24,000 nucleotides of DNA from Streptococcus phage Javan345. The notes under the pieces were generated by a model. The model made no database searches. It was not told the DNA's origin and was given only the letters and a program-made list of their open reading frames with translations. Where the stretch lies: the sequence record MK448733.1; one strand, written 5' to 3'. Positions 8,258 to 16,651 of the stretch are shown piece after piece. Position 1 is the first letter of the stretch. Each line of letters begins with the position of its first letter. A program made the position numbers and the translations under genes.

Positions 8258-9766
8258 ATGGGCATTATTCAATTTGTCAAAAATCTATTGAAGAGAGGAC
8301 AGTACGCAATGACTACAGAAAGTCTGACAAGTATCACAGACCATCCTAAAATCGCAGTGACAAGCGCAGAGTATCGTCGAATCAACGAGAACCTAAGATA
8401 CTATCAGAGCAACGTTGCAAAGATAACATACACGAATACTGACGGCATCAAGAAGCAAAGAGAAGCGACTCATTTGCCAATTGCTCGGACCGCTGCCAAG
8501 AAGATTGCTAGTCTGGTCTTTAACGAACAGGCTTCGATTAAATTGGACGACGAACAAGCAGACGCATTCATTCAAGAGACTTTGAAGAATGACCGCTTTA
8601 ACAAGAACTTCGAGCGCTATCTCGAGAGTTGTCTTGCTTTGGGTGGTCTTGCCATGAGGCCTTATGTGGATAATGGACGAGTACGAGTGTCATTCATTCA
8701 AGCACCAGTCTTTCTACCACTACAGTCTAACACGCAAGATATTTCAAGCGCTGCTATCGTGACTAAGACGATTAAATCAGCAGGCCAGAAGAACATCTAC
8801 TACACTTTGATTGAGTTTCACGAGTGGGGCAAGGATGGAAAGTACATCATTTCAAACGAGTTATACAGGTCTGAAAGCTCTGAACAAGTAGGTGGACGTG
8901 TTCCTCTAGCTGAAGTCTACGAGGATCTAGAAGAACAAGTTGAACTTGACGGTCTAACAAGACCGCTTTTTTCTTACCTAAAACCTCCTGGAATGAACAA
9001 CAAGGACATCAATTCACCTCTCGGATTGTCTATCTTCGATAACGCCAAGAGTACGATTGATTTCATCAACACGACTTACGACGAATTCAAGTGGGAAGTC
9101 AAGATGGGCCAACGCAGAGTGGCTGTTCCTGAAAATCTGACAGAAACCAGACTGGTTAATCAAGACGGAGACGTCCAGCTTGTCAAGCGCTTTGATACTG
9201 AGCAAAATGTCTACTTACGCTTATCTACTAACGACATGGACGGAGGAAGTATCACAGACCTGACAACGGCAATCAGGGCAGATGATTACATCAAGACCAT
9301 TAACGAAGGCCTAGCGCTTTTTGAAATGCTCCTAGGTGTATCGGCTGGAATGTTTACATTTGACGGGCAGAGCTTGAAGACTGCGACAGAGGTCGTTTCT
9401 GAAAACTCGGATACCTATCAAATGAGAAACAGCATTGTAAGCTTGGTTGAGCAGTCTTTGAAAGAGTTGATTATCTCAATCTGTGAGCTCGGCAGCCTTT
9501 ACGGTCTATACAACGGCCCGATTCCTCAAATGGAGAAGATTGCAATCAATCTCGATGACGGAGTATTCACAGACAAGAACAACGAGCTTGATTATTGGAC
9601 CAAGGCTTTGGCCAGTGGCATTGTCAGCAAGGCTCACGCTATCCAGAAAGCTTTCAACATGTCAGAGCTTGACGCCAAGAAAATGATTCAGGCAATCAAT
9701 CAGGAAACGATGGACACGGCTAACAGTCAGCGAACACAAGAGGATATTGATATCTATGGAGAATGA
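8258..9766 (+). CDS. Phage portal protein (SPP1 gp6/A118-like)
   Basis: 502 aa; HLPIARTAAKKIASLVFNEQ, SPLGLSIFDNAKSTIDFINTTYDEF and synteny between TerL and the minor capsid protein. Confidence 0.9.
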   Translation: MGIIQFVKNLLKRGQYAMTTESLTSITDHPKIAVTSAEYRRINENLRYYQSNVAKITYTNTDGIKKQREATHLPIARTAAKKIASLVFNEQASIKLDDEQADAFIQETLKNDRFNKNFERYLESCLALGGLAMRPYVDNGRVRVSFIQAPVFLPLQSNTQDISSAAIVTKTIKSAGQKNIYYTLIEFHEWGKDGKYIISNELYRSESSEQVGGRVPLAEVYEDLEEQVELDGLTRPLFSYLKPPGMNNKDINSPLGLSIFDNAKSTIDFINTTYDEFKWEVKMGQRRVAVPENLTETRLVNQDGDVQLVKRFDTEQNVYLRLSTNDMDGGSITDLTTAIRADDYIKTINEGLALFEMLLGVSAGMFTFDGQSLKTATEVVSENSDTYQMRNSIVSLVEQSLKELIISICELGSLYGLYNGPIPQMEKIAINLDDGVFTDKNNELDYWTKALASGIVSKAHAIQKAFNMSELDAKKMIQAINQETMDTANSQRTQEDIDIYGE

Positions 9767-9770
9767 TTAA

Positions 9771-9914
9771 ATGAACCTAATTCAACATCTAAGGTCGTTT
9801 ATAGGACTTGAAAGCCCCTCACTAGGACGGAGAATACTAGCAAAAAAAATGGTAGAAGGAATAGAAGAGGCTATCCATGGTAAAAAAGAAGAGACCACCA
9901 ATCCAATTCAATGA
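9771..9914 (+). CDS. Small hypothetical protein between portal and minor capsid genes
   Basis: Not in the ORF track. My translation: MNLIQHLRSFIGLESPSLGRRILAKKMVEGIEEAIHGKKEETTNPIQ (47 aa). GGAG RBS at 9758-9761; overlaps the next gene start by 38 nt. Confidence 0.45.
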   Translation: MNLIQHLRSFIGLESPSLGRRILAKKMVEGIEEAIHGKKEETTNPIQ

Positions 9915-11559
9915 CGAGCAACTGCTACTTCAAGCAAGCAATGTCGCAGACATCTACCATCAGTTAGCTTTGGACTTGTTTGATAACGTGGTCGAACGTG
10001 TAACAGAGCGTGGCACGGTCTATCTTGATAAACAACCGTACATCTGGCAACTCGAGAAGATGCAACAGATGCACATGCTGAACGAGGAGAACCTGAAGCT
10101 AATTTCTAAATACTCTGGAGTAGCTGAAGAGCAACTACGCTATATCGTCGAAAATGAGGGTTTGAAGCTCTACACAGACACGAAGCAACAGCTCATGGAA
10201 GACTTAGGCCGTGGATCTGCAGGAAACAGCAATCACATTCAAGAAATTCTTGCTGATTATGCTAATCAAGCTATCGGTGACCTTAATAACCTTATTAACA
10301 CAACGCTACCAAAGGCTGTTATTGGTGCCTATCAAGGGATTGTGGAGCAATCTGTCGCTAGAGTGGTCACAGGATTGTCAACGGCTGATAAGGCTATCTC
10401 TGATACGGTCATGAAGTGGCAAGAGAAAGGGTTCCAAGGCTTCAAGGACAGCGCTGGGCGTAACTGGAAAATTGACAATTATGCTCGGACAGTTATCAAG
10501 ACGACAACCTATCGAACTTATCGAGAAATGCGAACGAGACCGGCTGAAGAGCTGGGCATTGATACCTTTTATTTTTCAAAAAAGGCGTCAGCTCGCAAGT
10601 CGTGCGCCCCTTTGCAGCATGAGATAGTAACGACTGGCCGGGCTAGGGTCGAACATGGCGAGAAGATTTTAGCTTTGTCAGATTATGGTTACGGTCGGCC
10701 TGAAGGGTGCCTTGGTATTAACTGCGGTCACATGCTAACTCCATTCATCCCAGGGGCTAATTACAAGCCTGATTTGGGCGAGGACGTCGATTCGGTTAGT
10801 TCAGAGCAAGCGATAGAGAACGCCAACGCGGAAGCTAAGCAGAGAGCTCTAGAACGGTCTATCAGAGCGAACAAGGAAAAACTTCACGTTGCTGAGAAAT
10901 TGGGCGATAAAGAACTGATAGACAAGTACAAGAGTAAGATAGGCACCCAAAACGCTGCTTTGAAAGATTACATCGATAAGCACCCATCCCTGAAACGGGA
11001 TGAGGCTAGAGAAAGACTCTTCAAGAAAAACGAAAAACCAGCAAGTGTCGGACCTGCTGGTAATAAGTCTTATGTTTCTGTAAAGGATGAATGGCTATCA
11101 AATGTAGATCCTAGAAAAGCTAAGGTCTCAGAAATGAATTTCTGGGAACATAACGGCCAGAAATATCACGTTGATGGAAAACATGTAGTGCTAGATTATT
11201 CTCAAAGAGAGAAAGAAGTAGGAGAATGGTTATCTAAATTATTTGGTAAGCATGTTCAAATGGCGCCAAGAGTTAACTTCCCAGAAAAAATCCCGAGCCC
11301 AGATTATTTAGTCGATGGGTTGAAATTTGACCTGAAAGAGATATCAGGTTCAGGCAAGGGAGTTGTAGACGGAAATTTAAGAAAGGCAAAACAACAATCT
11401 GAAAATGTTGTATTTGATGTAACGAGAACAAAATTATCCAATGATGAAATACTTTCTCAGCTTGAAAAAGTATACGAATTGAACCGTCGTGGATTAGGAA
11501 TCGCAATTATAAAAGACGGTGAAGAATTGATAGATATTTTAAAATCGAATAAAAAATAA
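9877..11559 (+). CDS. MuF-like phage minor capsid protein (Phage_min_cap2) with C-terminal CdiA-CT-like tRNase/PD-(D/E)XK toxin domain
   Basis: N-terminal/middle region has TYRTYREMRTRPAEELGIDTFYFSKKASARKSCAPLQHEI...GCLGINCGHMLTPFIPG. From about 11071 the C-terminus has an unrelated domain with PDYLVDGLKFDLKE (11299-11340), SGSGKG and NLRKAKQQSENVVFDVT. Confidence 0.85.
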   Translation: MVKKKRPPIQFNDEQLLLQASNVADIYHQLALDLFDNVVERVTERGTVYLDKQPYIWQLEKMQQMHMLNEENLKLISKYSGVAEEQLRYIVENEGLKLYTDTKQQLMEDLGRGSAGNSNHIQEILADYANQAIGDLNNLINTTLPKAVIGAYQGIVEQSVARVVTGLSTADKAISDTVMKWQEKGFQGFKDSAGRNWKIDNYARTVIKTTTYRTYREMRTRPAEELGIDTFYFSKKASARKSCAPLQHEIVTTGRARVEHGEKILALSDYGYGRPEGCLGINCGHMLTPFIPGANYKPDLGEDVDSVSSEQAIENANAEAKQRALERSIRANKEKLHVAEKLGDKELIDKYKSKIGTQNAALKDYIDKHPSLKRDEARERLFKKNEKPASVGPAGNKSYVSVKDEWLSNVDPRKAKVSEMNFWEHNGQKYHVDGKHVVLDYSQREKEVGEWLSKLFGKHVQMAPRVNFPEKIPSPDYLVDGLKFDLKEISGSGKGVVDGNLRKAKQQSENVVFDVTRTKLSNDEILSQLEKVYELNRRGLGIAIIKDGEELIDILKSNKK

Positions 11560-11613
11560 AGGTGACCCACCGCCTCCACAGCAAGCTGCTTCATGGGCGT
11601 TAGACCACCTTTA
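11557..11613 (+). repeat. Imperfect intergenic inverted repeat overlapping the toxin-gene stop codon
   Basis: TAAAGGTG (11557-11564) is perfectly complementary to CACCTTTA (11606-11613), with internal complementary CCCA/TGGG and AGCA/TGCT segments. Confidence 0.6.
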
Positions 11614-11668
11614 CCTTAACTTAATTATAACTCACAATGCGTTTTTTTTCAATAAGAAAGGGGAATAA

Positions 11669-11932
11669 ATGAAATACCGTAAAAAACCTGTAGTAATTGA
11701 GGCAGTTCAGTTCGTAGATACTGAAGAATCAATTTTAAAATTGTCAGAATTAGGATTAGATCCAGTCCGAATTGATTATGCTGACCTAGATAATCCAATT
11801 TTAAAAATAGAAACACTTGAAGGATTGATGATTGCAACCGAAGGTGATTATATCATCAAAGGCGTGCAGGGTGAGTTTTATCCATGCAAGCCTGATATTT
11901 TTGCAGAAACATACGAAAAAACGGAGGAATAA
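11669..11932 (+). CDS. Small conserved-looking phage protein with a 'GDYIIKGVQGEFYPCKPDIFAETYE' motif
   Basis: 87 aa ORF with AAAGGGG RBS; the GDYI-KGVxGEFYPCKPxIFxxTYE pattern is common in phage and Firmicutes proteins. Confidence 0.75.
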   Translation: MKYRKKPVVIEAVQFVDTEESILKLSELGLDPVRIDYADLDNPILKIETLEGLMIATEGDYIIKGVQGEFYPCKPDIFAETYEKTEE

Positions 11933-11935
11933 AAA

Positions 11936-12187
11936 ATGTTAGAAAAAGCAAAACAATTGGCATCACAAGAATTTTCGCGCCTATCAGGTCGTGAAATCAA
12001 AGTAGAAGACTGTTTTGTAGTTTGGTTTAGCAAGACCCTACAAAACTGGAAAGCTCTTGTAAGCACTAATCGAATTAAGTCTGATGAAAAGTGTGGCGAT
12101 TATGCGGAAGTTACGCATAATGGCGACAAGAAAGAGACTTACGTGGATGTTTATACTAAAGTCTCAAATCGGGTCATTAAAGATTAG
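11936..12187 (+). CDS. DUF6275-like small phage protein
   Basis: 83 aa, CFVVWFSKTLQNWKALVSTN...GDYAEVTHNGDKKETYVDVYTKVSN; the family name is recalled from pattern, not searched. Confidence 0.6.
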   Translation: MLEKAKQLASQEFSRLSGREIKVEDCFVVWFSKTLQNWKALVSTNRIKSDEKCGDYAEVTHNGDKKETYVDVYTKVSNRVIKD

Positions 12188-12202
12188 GGGTGATCCAGAG
12201 TC

Positions 12203-12230
12203 TTGACTTGCAGGAATAGACTGCTATAAA
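12203..12230 (+). promoter_or_regulatory. Candidate sigma-A promoter upstream of the scaffold/capsid genes
   Basis: TTGACT (12203-12208), 16-nt spacer, TGC-TATAAA (TATAAA at 12225-12230). Confidence 0.5.
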
Positions 12231-12247
12231 TCACTGTAAATTGCTAT

Positions 12248-12276
12248 AAACCGTGTCGAATTCGATGCGGTTTTTT
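12248..12276 (+). terminator. Intrinsic terminator
   Basis: AAACCGTGTCG-AATT-CGATGCGGTTT (with G-U wobbles) followed by TTT. Confidence 0.75.
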
Positions 12277-12340
12277 GCTTGACTTTATCCGCAGTCGGTA
12301 AAGAACGGAAGATAATACCTAATTTTAGGAGGACAGAAGA

Positions 12341-12910
12341 ATGGCAGAAGACATTCAAACACAAGCTGACCAGTCAGCAAACACTGGAGAAAACACTGAG
12401 TCACAAACTCAAGAGCAACCTGTCAAGACTTTCACTCAAGATGAAGTGACTGGTCTTGTAGCTAAAGAGTCAAAGAAAGCGCAAGAGAAAATCTTCAAAA
12501 GCCTAGGATTTGAGGACATCAAGAGCGCTAAAGAAGGACTCCAGCAACTCAAAGAGTGGAAGGACTCACAAAAGAGCGAGGCTGAGAAACAGTCAGAAGC
12601 GCTTGCTGCTAAAGAGAAAGAGCTAGAAATTGCTTTGTCAGATAAGAAGAACCTGGAAGCGAAACTATCAGCTCTGACTCTGGGAGTAAATGCTGAGTCT
12701 GTAGACGACGTCATCACTCTATCTGCTCGCTTGGTGTCCGATGAGGTGTCTATTGAGGACGCTATTGGTCAAGTGTTGCAGAAATATCCTCAGTTCGGTC
12801 GCACAGAGCAAGCCGAGGAGAAAAAGCCGACATTTTCGGCCGGAGGAAATCCAACGGCTGGAACGAATCAAGAAGACGCCTTTTTGAAGGCTCTCGGACT
12901 AAATAATTAA
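12341..12910 (+). CDS. Capsid scaffolding protein (DUF4355-like)
   Basis: Coiled-coil, acid/lysine-rich 189 aa (KEKELEIALSDKKNLEAKLSALTLGVNAESVDDVITLSARL) directly upstream of the capsid gene. Confidence 0.85.
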   Translation: MAEDIQTQADQSANTGENTESQTQEQPVKTFTQDEVTGLVAKESKKAQEKIFKSLGFEDIKSAKEGLQQLKEWKDSQKSEAEKQSEALAAKEKELEIALSDKKNLEAKLSALTLGVNAESVDDVITLSARLVSDEVSIEDAIGQVLQKYPQFGRTEQAEEKKPTFSAGGNPTAGTNQEDAFLKALGLNN

Positions 12911-12924
12911 CAGGAGAATGATCA

Positions 12925-13797
12925 ATGACAATTAACTACATCACTAAACATGAAGGCACCTTTGAAAAGAAATTGATGCAAGGCGCACTTACAAGTATTT
13001 TGGAAACTCCACAAGTGAACTGGTTGGGCGCTAAGTCGTTCGAATTGCCTACAATTTCAGTTACTGGCTACAAGGCGCACACACGCTCTAAAGGCTACAA
13101 CGCTGGTACAGTTTCAAACGACAAGAAAGTCTACACGCTCGGATTTGACCGTGACGTCGAGTTCTTCGTGGATGCTGCAGACGTTGACGAAACCAACCAA
13201 GAACTTTCAGCTGCTAACGTATCTAATACATTCATCACCGAACATGCTACTCCAGAAGTGGACGCTTATCGCTTCTCTAAAATCGCTACAGAAGCTATCA
13301 CAAACAGTCACTTCAAGTCTGAAGATGACCTGTCAGAAGTGAACATCTACACAAAATTGAAAGCTGCTCTCTTGCCAGTTCGTAAATACGGCGCTCAAAA
13401 CATCGTTATGTATGTTTCTAGCGAAGTGATGGATTTCTTGGAACGTTCTAAAGAGTTCACACGCTCAATCGCTACTACATCGCCTCAAGGAATTGATACT
13501 CGTGTCACTTCACTTGACGGAGTTCAGCTTATCGAAGTTTGGGACGATGCACGCTTCAAGACTAAGTTTGACTTCACTGAAGGCTTTGTTAAGGCTTCAG
13601 ACGGTAAAAACATTAACTTCTTGATCGTTGCTAAGTCAGCAGTAATTGCCAAGGCTAAGTTCAACTCAATCTATCTTTTCGCTCCTGGTCAACACACGGA
13701 AGGTGACGGATACTTGTACCAAAACCGTCTCTATCATGATCTTTTCGTCTTGCAAAGCAAGACAGACGGGGTCTATGTTTCTCACAAATCTGCTTAA
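12925..13797 (+). CDS. Major capsid protein
   Basis: 290 aa, position after scaffold; FEKKLMQGALTSILETPQVNWLGAKSFELPTISVTG...YTLGFDRDVEFFVD. Confidence 0.9.
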   Translation: MTINYITKHEGTFEKKLMQGALTSILETPQVNWLGAKSFELPTISVTGYKAHTRSKGYNAGTVSNDKKVYTLGFDRDVEFFVDAADVDETNQELSAANVSNTFITEHATPEVDAYRFSKIATEAITNSHFKSEDDLSEVNIYTKLKAALLPVRKYGAQNIVMYVSSEVMDFLERSKEFTRSIATTSPQGIDTRVTSLDGVQLIEVWDDARFKTKFDFTEGFVKASDGKNINFLIVAKSAVIAKAKFNSIYLFAPGQHTEGDGYLYQNRLYHDLFVLQSKTDGVYVSHKSA

Positions 13798-13811
13798 TAA
13801 GGAGGTAGAAA

Positions 13812-14060
13812 ATGCGTAAGTACGAAAAAGGAAACCAAGTCTACACCGTGCAGGAAGGCAGCTTGCTTGAAGCTCAGCTAATCGCTGATGGATTTGAAGA
13901 AGTGATTGAAGATGGCCAAATCTCAGAGATTTTGGCTACTCATTCACTTTCGGACATGACTTTGGCAGAGTTGAAAGCTCTTGCTAAAGAGCGAGGGTTT
14001 GAGGGCTATTCAAACAAGACCAAAGATGAACTATTGGAGGTGTTAAATGGCCAAATTTAA
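13812..14060 (+). CDS. Small head protein with HeH/Rho-N-like C-terminal motif
   Basis: 82 aa; [33 protein letters not shown]. Confidence 0.7.
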   Translation: MRKYEKGNQVYTVQEGSLLEAQLIADGFEEVIEDGQISEILATHSLSDMTLAELKALAKERGFEGYSNKTKDELLEVLNGQI

Positions 14061-14247
14061 AGCAAAATTGAACGCTTATCTAGCTAAGTCTGACCGTCAT
14101 TTTGACAAAGGGCAAGAATACGAGCTAGATCAAGACGAAGCTAATCGAATCAATGGCCTGTTTAATGAGGTGATTGGTGAAGATTGCTTTGAACTCGTTG
14201 AAGAGCCTAAGCAAGATCTAGTTGAGGTGGGGACATCCACCTTTTAA
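14047..14247 (+). CDS. Hypothetical phage protein
   Basis: 66 aa ORF, GGAGG RBS upstream, overlaps previous gene. Confidence 0.6.
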   Translation: MAKFKAKLNAYLAKSDRHFDKGQEYELDQDEANRINGLFNEVIGEDCFELVEEPKQDLVEVGTSTF

Positions 14248-14259
14248 GGAGGTGATTAG

Positions 14260-14661
14260 ATGGCTTACTTAACTAAAGAGGAGTTCGATAAGCTCGGATT
14301 TGAGGTCGAGGGCGACTTTGACAAGCTTTTGAAGCGAGCGGAACTCGCTATCGATGCTTATACTAGAGATTTCTATTCTCTAAATAGCTTTGATAGCGAC
14401 AATACAGCTCGCAAGAAGGCAGTTAAACGAGCTACAGCCTTTCAGATTGCTTATTTGGACACTTCTGGGGTCCTGACGGCAGAGGACAAGCAATCTATTG
14501 CCAGCATGTCAGTCGGGCGGACATCTATAAGCTATCGCTCAGGCTCTCAGAATGGCTCGAATTCGCTTTCTTTGGCGGAAAGGTGTAATTTATCAAGAGA
14601 TGCTGAAAACTGGCTGAGAATGGCTGGATTTGGCTCAGCGAGGGTTGATTATGATAGATAA
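14260..14661 (+). CDS. Head-tail connector protein (gp6/DNA-packaging-like)
   Basis: 133 aa; LLKRAELAIDAYTRDFY...KKAVKRATAFQIAYLDTSG; synteny. Confidence 0.85.
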   Translation: MAYLTKEEFDKLGFEVEGDFDKLLKRAELAIDAYTRDFYSLNSFDSDNTARKKAVKRATAFQIAYLDTSGVLTAEDKQSIASMSVGRTSISYRSGSQNGSNSLSLAERCNLSRDAENWLRMAGFGSARVDYDR

Positions 14662-14983
14662 AAGAATGCTAACTGATTCTGTGACTATCAAAAAGCCCGT
14701 TGGTGAGGATGATTGGGGGAAAGAGGCTTACTCTGACCCTCTTTTGTTATCCCCTTGCAAATTCGATAGATTCTTTTCTCATTCTGGAACAGGCAATCAT
14801 CGTAGCGAGTCCAATTCCTCAACTGTGATTGTCTATCACAAATACTGCCCTGTGAAACTCGACAAGAGCTTCGTTGGTGGGTTTGTAGAAGAGGACGGCG
14901 TCAGCTACGTTGTTAAGAACATTATCCCTCAATATCATCCTCTAACCAAGAAGCTACTAGCTTATGAAATCGAGGTGATTTGA
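14651..14983 (+). CDS. Minor capsid / head closure protein (Minor_capsid_1-like)
   Basis: Starts MIDKRMLTDSVTIKKPVGEDDWGKEAY; ATG at 14651 fits better than the upstream TTG in the ORF track. Confidence 0.8.
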   Translation: MIDKRMLTDSVTIKKPVGEDDWGKEAYSDPLLLSPCKFDRFFSHSGTGNHRSESNSSTVIVYHKYCPVKLDKSFVGGFVEEDGVSYVVKNIIPQYHPLTKKLLAYEIEVI

Positions 14984-15375
14984 TGGGCGGTGTTAATGTA
15001 AAGATAGACCTATCAGGAATTGAGAAGAAAGTATCTCCAGAGAATCTCGCTAAAGGAAAGTTAGCTATTGCTAACCAGATGCTGATGGATATGGAGCGCT
15101 TCGTCCCAAAACGAAAGGGGGAATTGAGGTCTAGTGGACATGTTCGACAAGATTCGATTGTCTATGCAACGCCCTACGCTAGATTGCTCTATTATGGCAA
15201 GAAGCGAAAAGGGTTCTTTTCTGAAAAACAAAGAAGGTTTTTCTTTGCTAACAAGGAGAAGTTGCTGAGTCAACGGCCAACGCCTGGAACTGGTCCAAGA
15301 TGGGATAAAAAAGCCGCTGCCCTACACTCTAAGAAGTGGGGCGATGTCGGATTGAAAGCGATGGGATTGAAATGA
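14983..15375 (+). CDS. Minor capsid / HK97 gp10-like protein (Minor_capsid_2-like)
   Basis: MVDMERFVPKRKGELRSSGHV-type pattern (LMDMERFVPKRKGELRSSG...YATPYARLLYYG); synteny. Confidence 0.82.
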   Translation: MGGVNVKIDLSGIEKKVSPENLAKGKLAIANQMLMDMERFVPKRKGELRSSGHVRQDSIVYATPYARLLYYGKKRKGFFSEKQRRFFFANKEKLLSQRPTPGTGPRWDKKAAALHSKKWGDVGLKAMGLK

Positions 15376-15776
15376 ACCAAAACAATGACTTTGCAGAGGT
15401 CTTACTTGAATATATCAAGGGCATTCAAGACAAAATCCCGTCTAAACACGGTTATTTAGCTGAGAAAGAGGGGTTAGTAGTATTCCCTCTAGCTGGTGGA
15501 GAGGTTGTAGACGAGGACATGGCCGGCATTCAAACGGTCAGCTTGCCCTTTGAAATTGCTATCAAGTCACGAGATCAGGAATTAAACAATAATACATTGT
15601 GGCAGATTAACGCTGCCTTATCAAAAATGGGCCTAGAATTGCCAAGTAAGAATGGCTCTTACGAGTTCTTAGGTCTGAAAGTCGACAAGCCTTACTTGAA
15701 TGATTTAGACGAGCAAGGCTTTTACATTTACTTGCTGGACGTAACTGCCAGCCTTGAAATCGAAAGGAATGAATAA
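15372..15776 (+). CDS. Tail terminator / minor capsid protein (Minor_capsid_3-like)
   Basis: MNQNNDFAEVLLEYIKGIQDKIPSKHGYLAEKEGLVVFPLAGG; ATG at 15372 overlaps the previous stop. Confidence 0.8.
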   Translation: MNQNNDFAEVLLEYIKGIQDKIPSKHGYLAEKEGLVVFPLAGGEVVDEDMAGIQTVSLPFEIAIKSRDQELNNNTLWQINAALSKMGLELPSKNGSYEFLGLKVDKPYLNDLDEQGFYIYLLDVTASLEIERNE

Positions 15777-16237
15777 TGGTTAAAAATAAAAACGTAAAAC
15801 GCAAGCACTACATTGGTCCTTATAAAGAAGCGACTCCAGACACTCCACCAACCGCTACGGATTACCTCTGGATTGCTAAAGGGATTAAGAAATCATCGCC
15901 AGAAAATAACGAGAAGACAGATGATTTCACTGACTTCTCTGGTGACGGGACACCTGAAGAACAAGTGATCACTAAAACACGAGGGCGCTCATTCGAGGGC
16001 GTTCGTGATACAGATGACAAAGCGCAGAATTTTGTGGCAGACAAAGAAGACGCAGTCGGTGACGAGCTTTTGGTTTGGTACAAGGAGATTGATGTGACTG
16101 AAAAAACTCAATATGAGGGGCCAGCTCGTCTTTCTGGTATCGAAATCGGTGACGGTGAAGCGTCTGAAAATGAAAGTATTAAGTTTAAGGTCGTATGGAC
16201 TCGTAAACCTAAGAAATCAACAGTAGTACCAGGATAA
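15776..16237 (+). CDS. Major tail protein
   Basis: 153 aa acidic beta-rich protein following the tail terminator and preceding tail chaperone-like genes. Confidence 0.75.
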   Translation: MVKNKNVKRKHYIGPYKEATPDTPPTATDYLWIAKGIKKSSPENNEKTDDFTDFSGDGTPEEQVITKTRGRSFEGVRDTDDKAQNFVADKEDAVGDELLVWYKEIDVTEKTQYEGPARLSGIEIGDGEASENESIKFKVVWTRKPKKSTVVPG

Positions 16238-16242
16238 TCTGA

Positions 16243-16272
16243 GGCGTGAAATATCACGCCTTTTTTATTTTT
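16243..16272 (+). terminator. Intrinsic terminator/attenuator after the major tail protein gene
   Basis: GGCGTGA-AATA-TCACGCC followed by TTTTTTATTTTT. Confidence 0.85.
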
Positions 16273-16290
16273 GAAAAGAGGAGAAAAACA

Positions 16291-16647
16291 ATGGTCGTAA
16301 TTAAGAAATTAAGCAATATCATTCCTATTGATTTCGGAGAATTTCAGCTGGAATACATTGCAAATGACAAGGGCGTGAAGGAACTTGATAAGTTCCGTGA
16401 AGGCTTAGCAAAGAACTGGAAGAAAATTGAAAAACTTTCTGACGAGAAAATCGCAGAAAAAGCTAAAGAGCTTATCAAAGACGGTTGGACTCAATTATTC
16501 GGAGCGGATGCATTTGAAAAAGTCTATAAATTTGCAGACGAAGATACTACTATCGCATTTAACTATCTGACGCAGACCATTCTTGGAATTCAAAAAGAAT
16601 ATAAAGAGCGCAATTCAGAAGATGCATTCAAGAAATATCTAGGGTAA
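16291..16647 (+). CDS. Tail assembly chaperone-like protein
   Basis: MVVIKKLSNIIPIDFGEFQLEYIANDKGVKELDKFREGLAKNW; ATG at 16291 has AGAGGAG RBS. The ATG at 16246 lies inside the terminator hairpin. Confidence 0.7.
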   Translation: MVVIKKLSNIIPIDFGEFQLEYIANDKGVKELDKFREGLAKNWKKIEKLSDEKIAEKAKELIKDGWTQLFGADAFEKVYKFADEDTTIAFNYLTQTILGIQKEYKERNSEDAFKKYLG

Positions 16648-16651
16648 TGCC

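Noticed and set aside
10211-10414. 67 aa + strand ORF inside the minor capsid gene
   Set aside because: Out-of-frame shadow ORF within a confidently assigned CDS.
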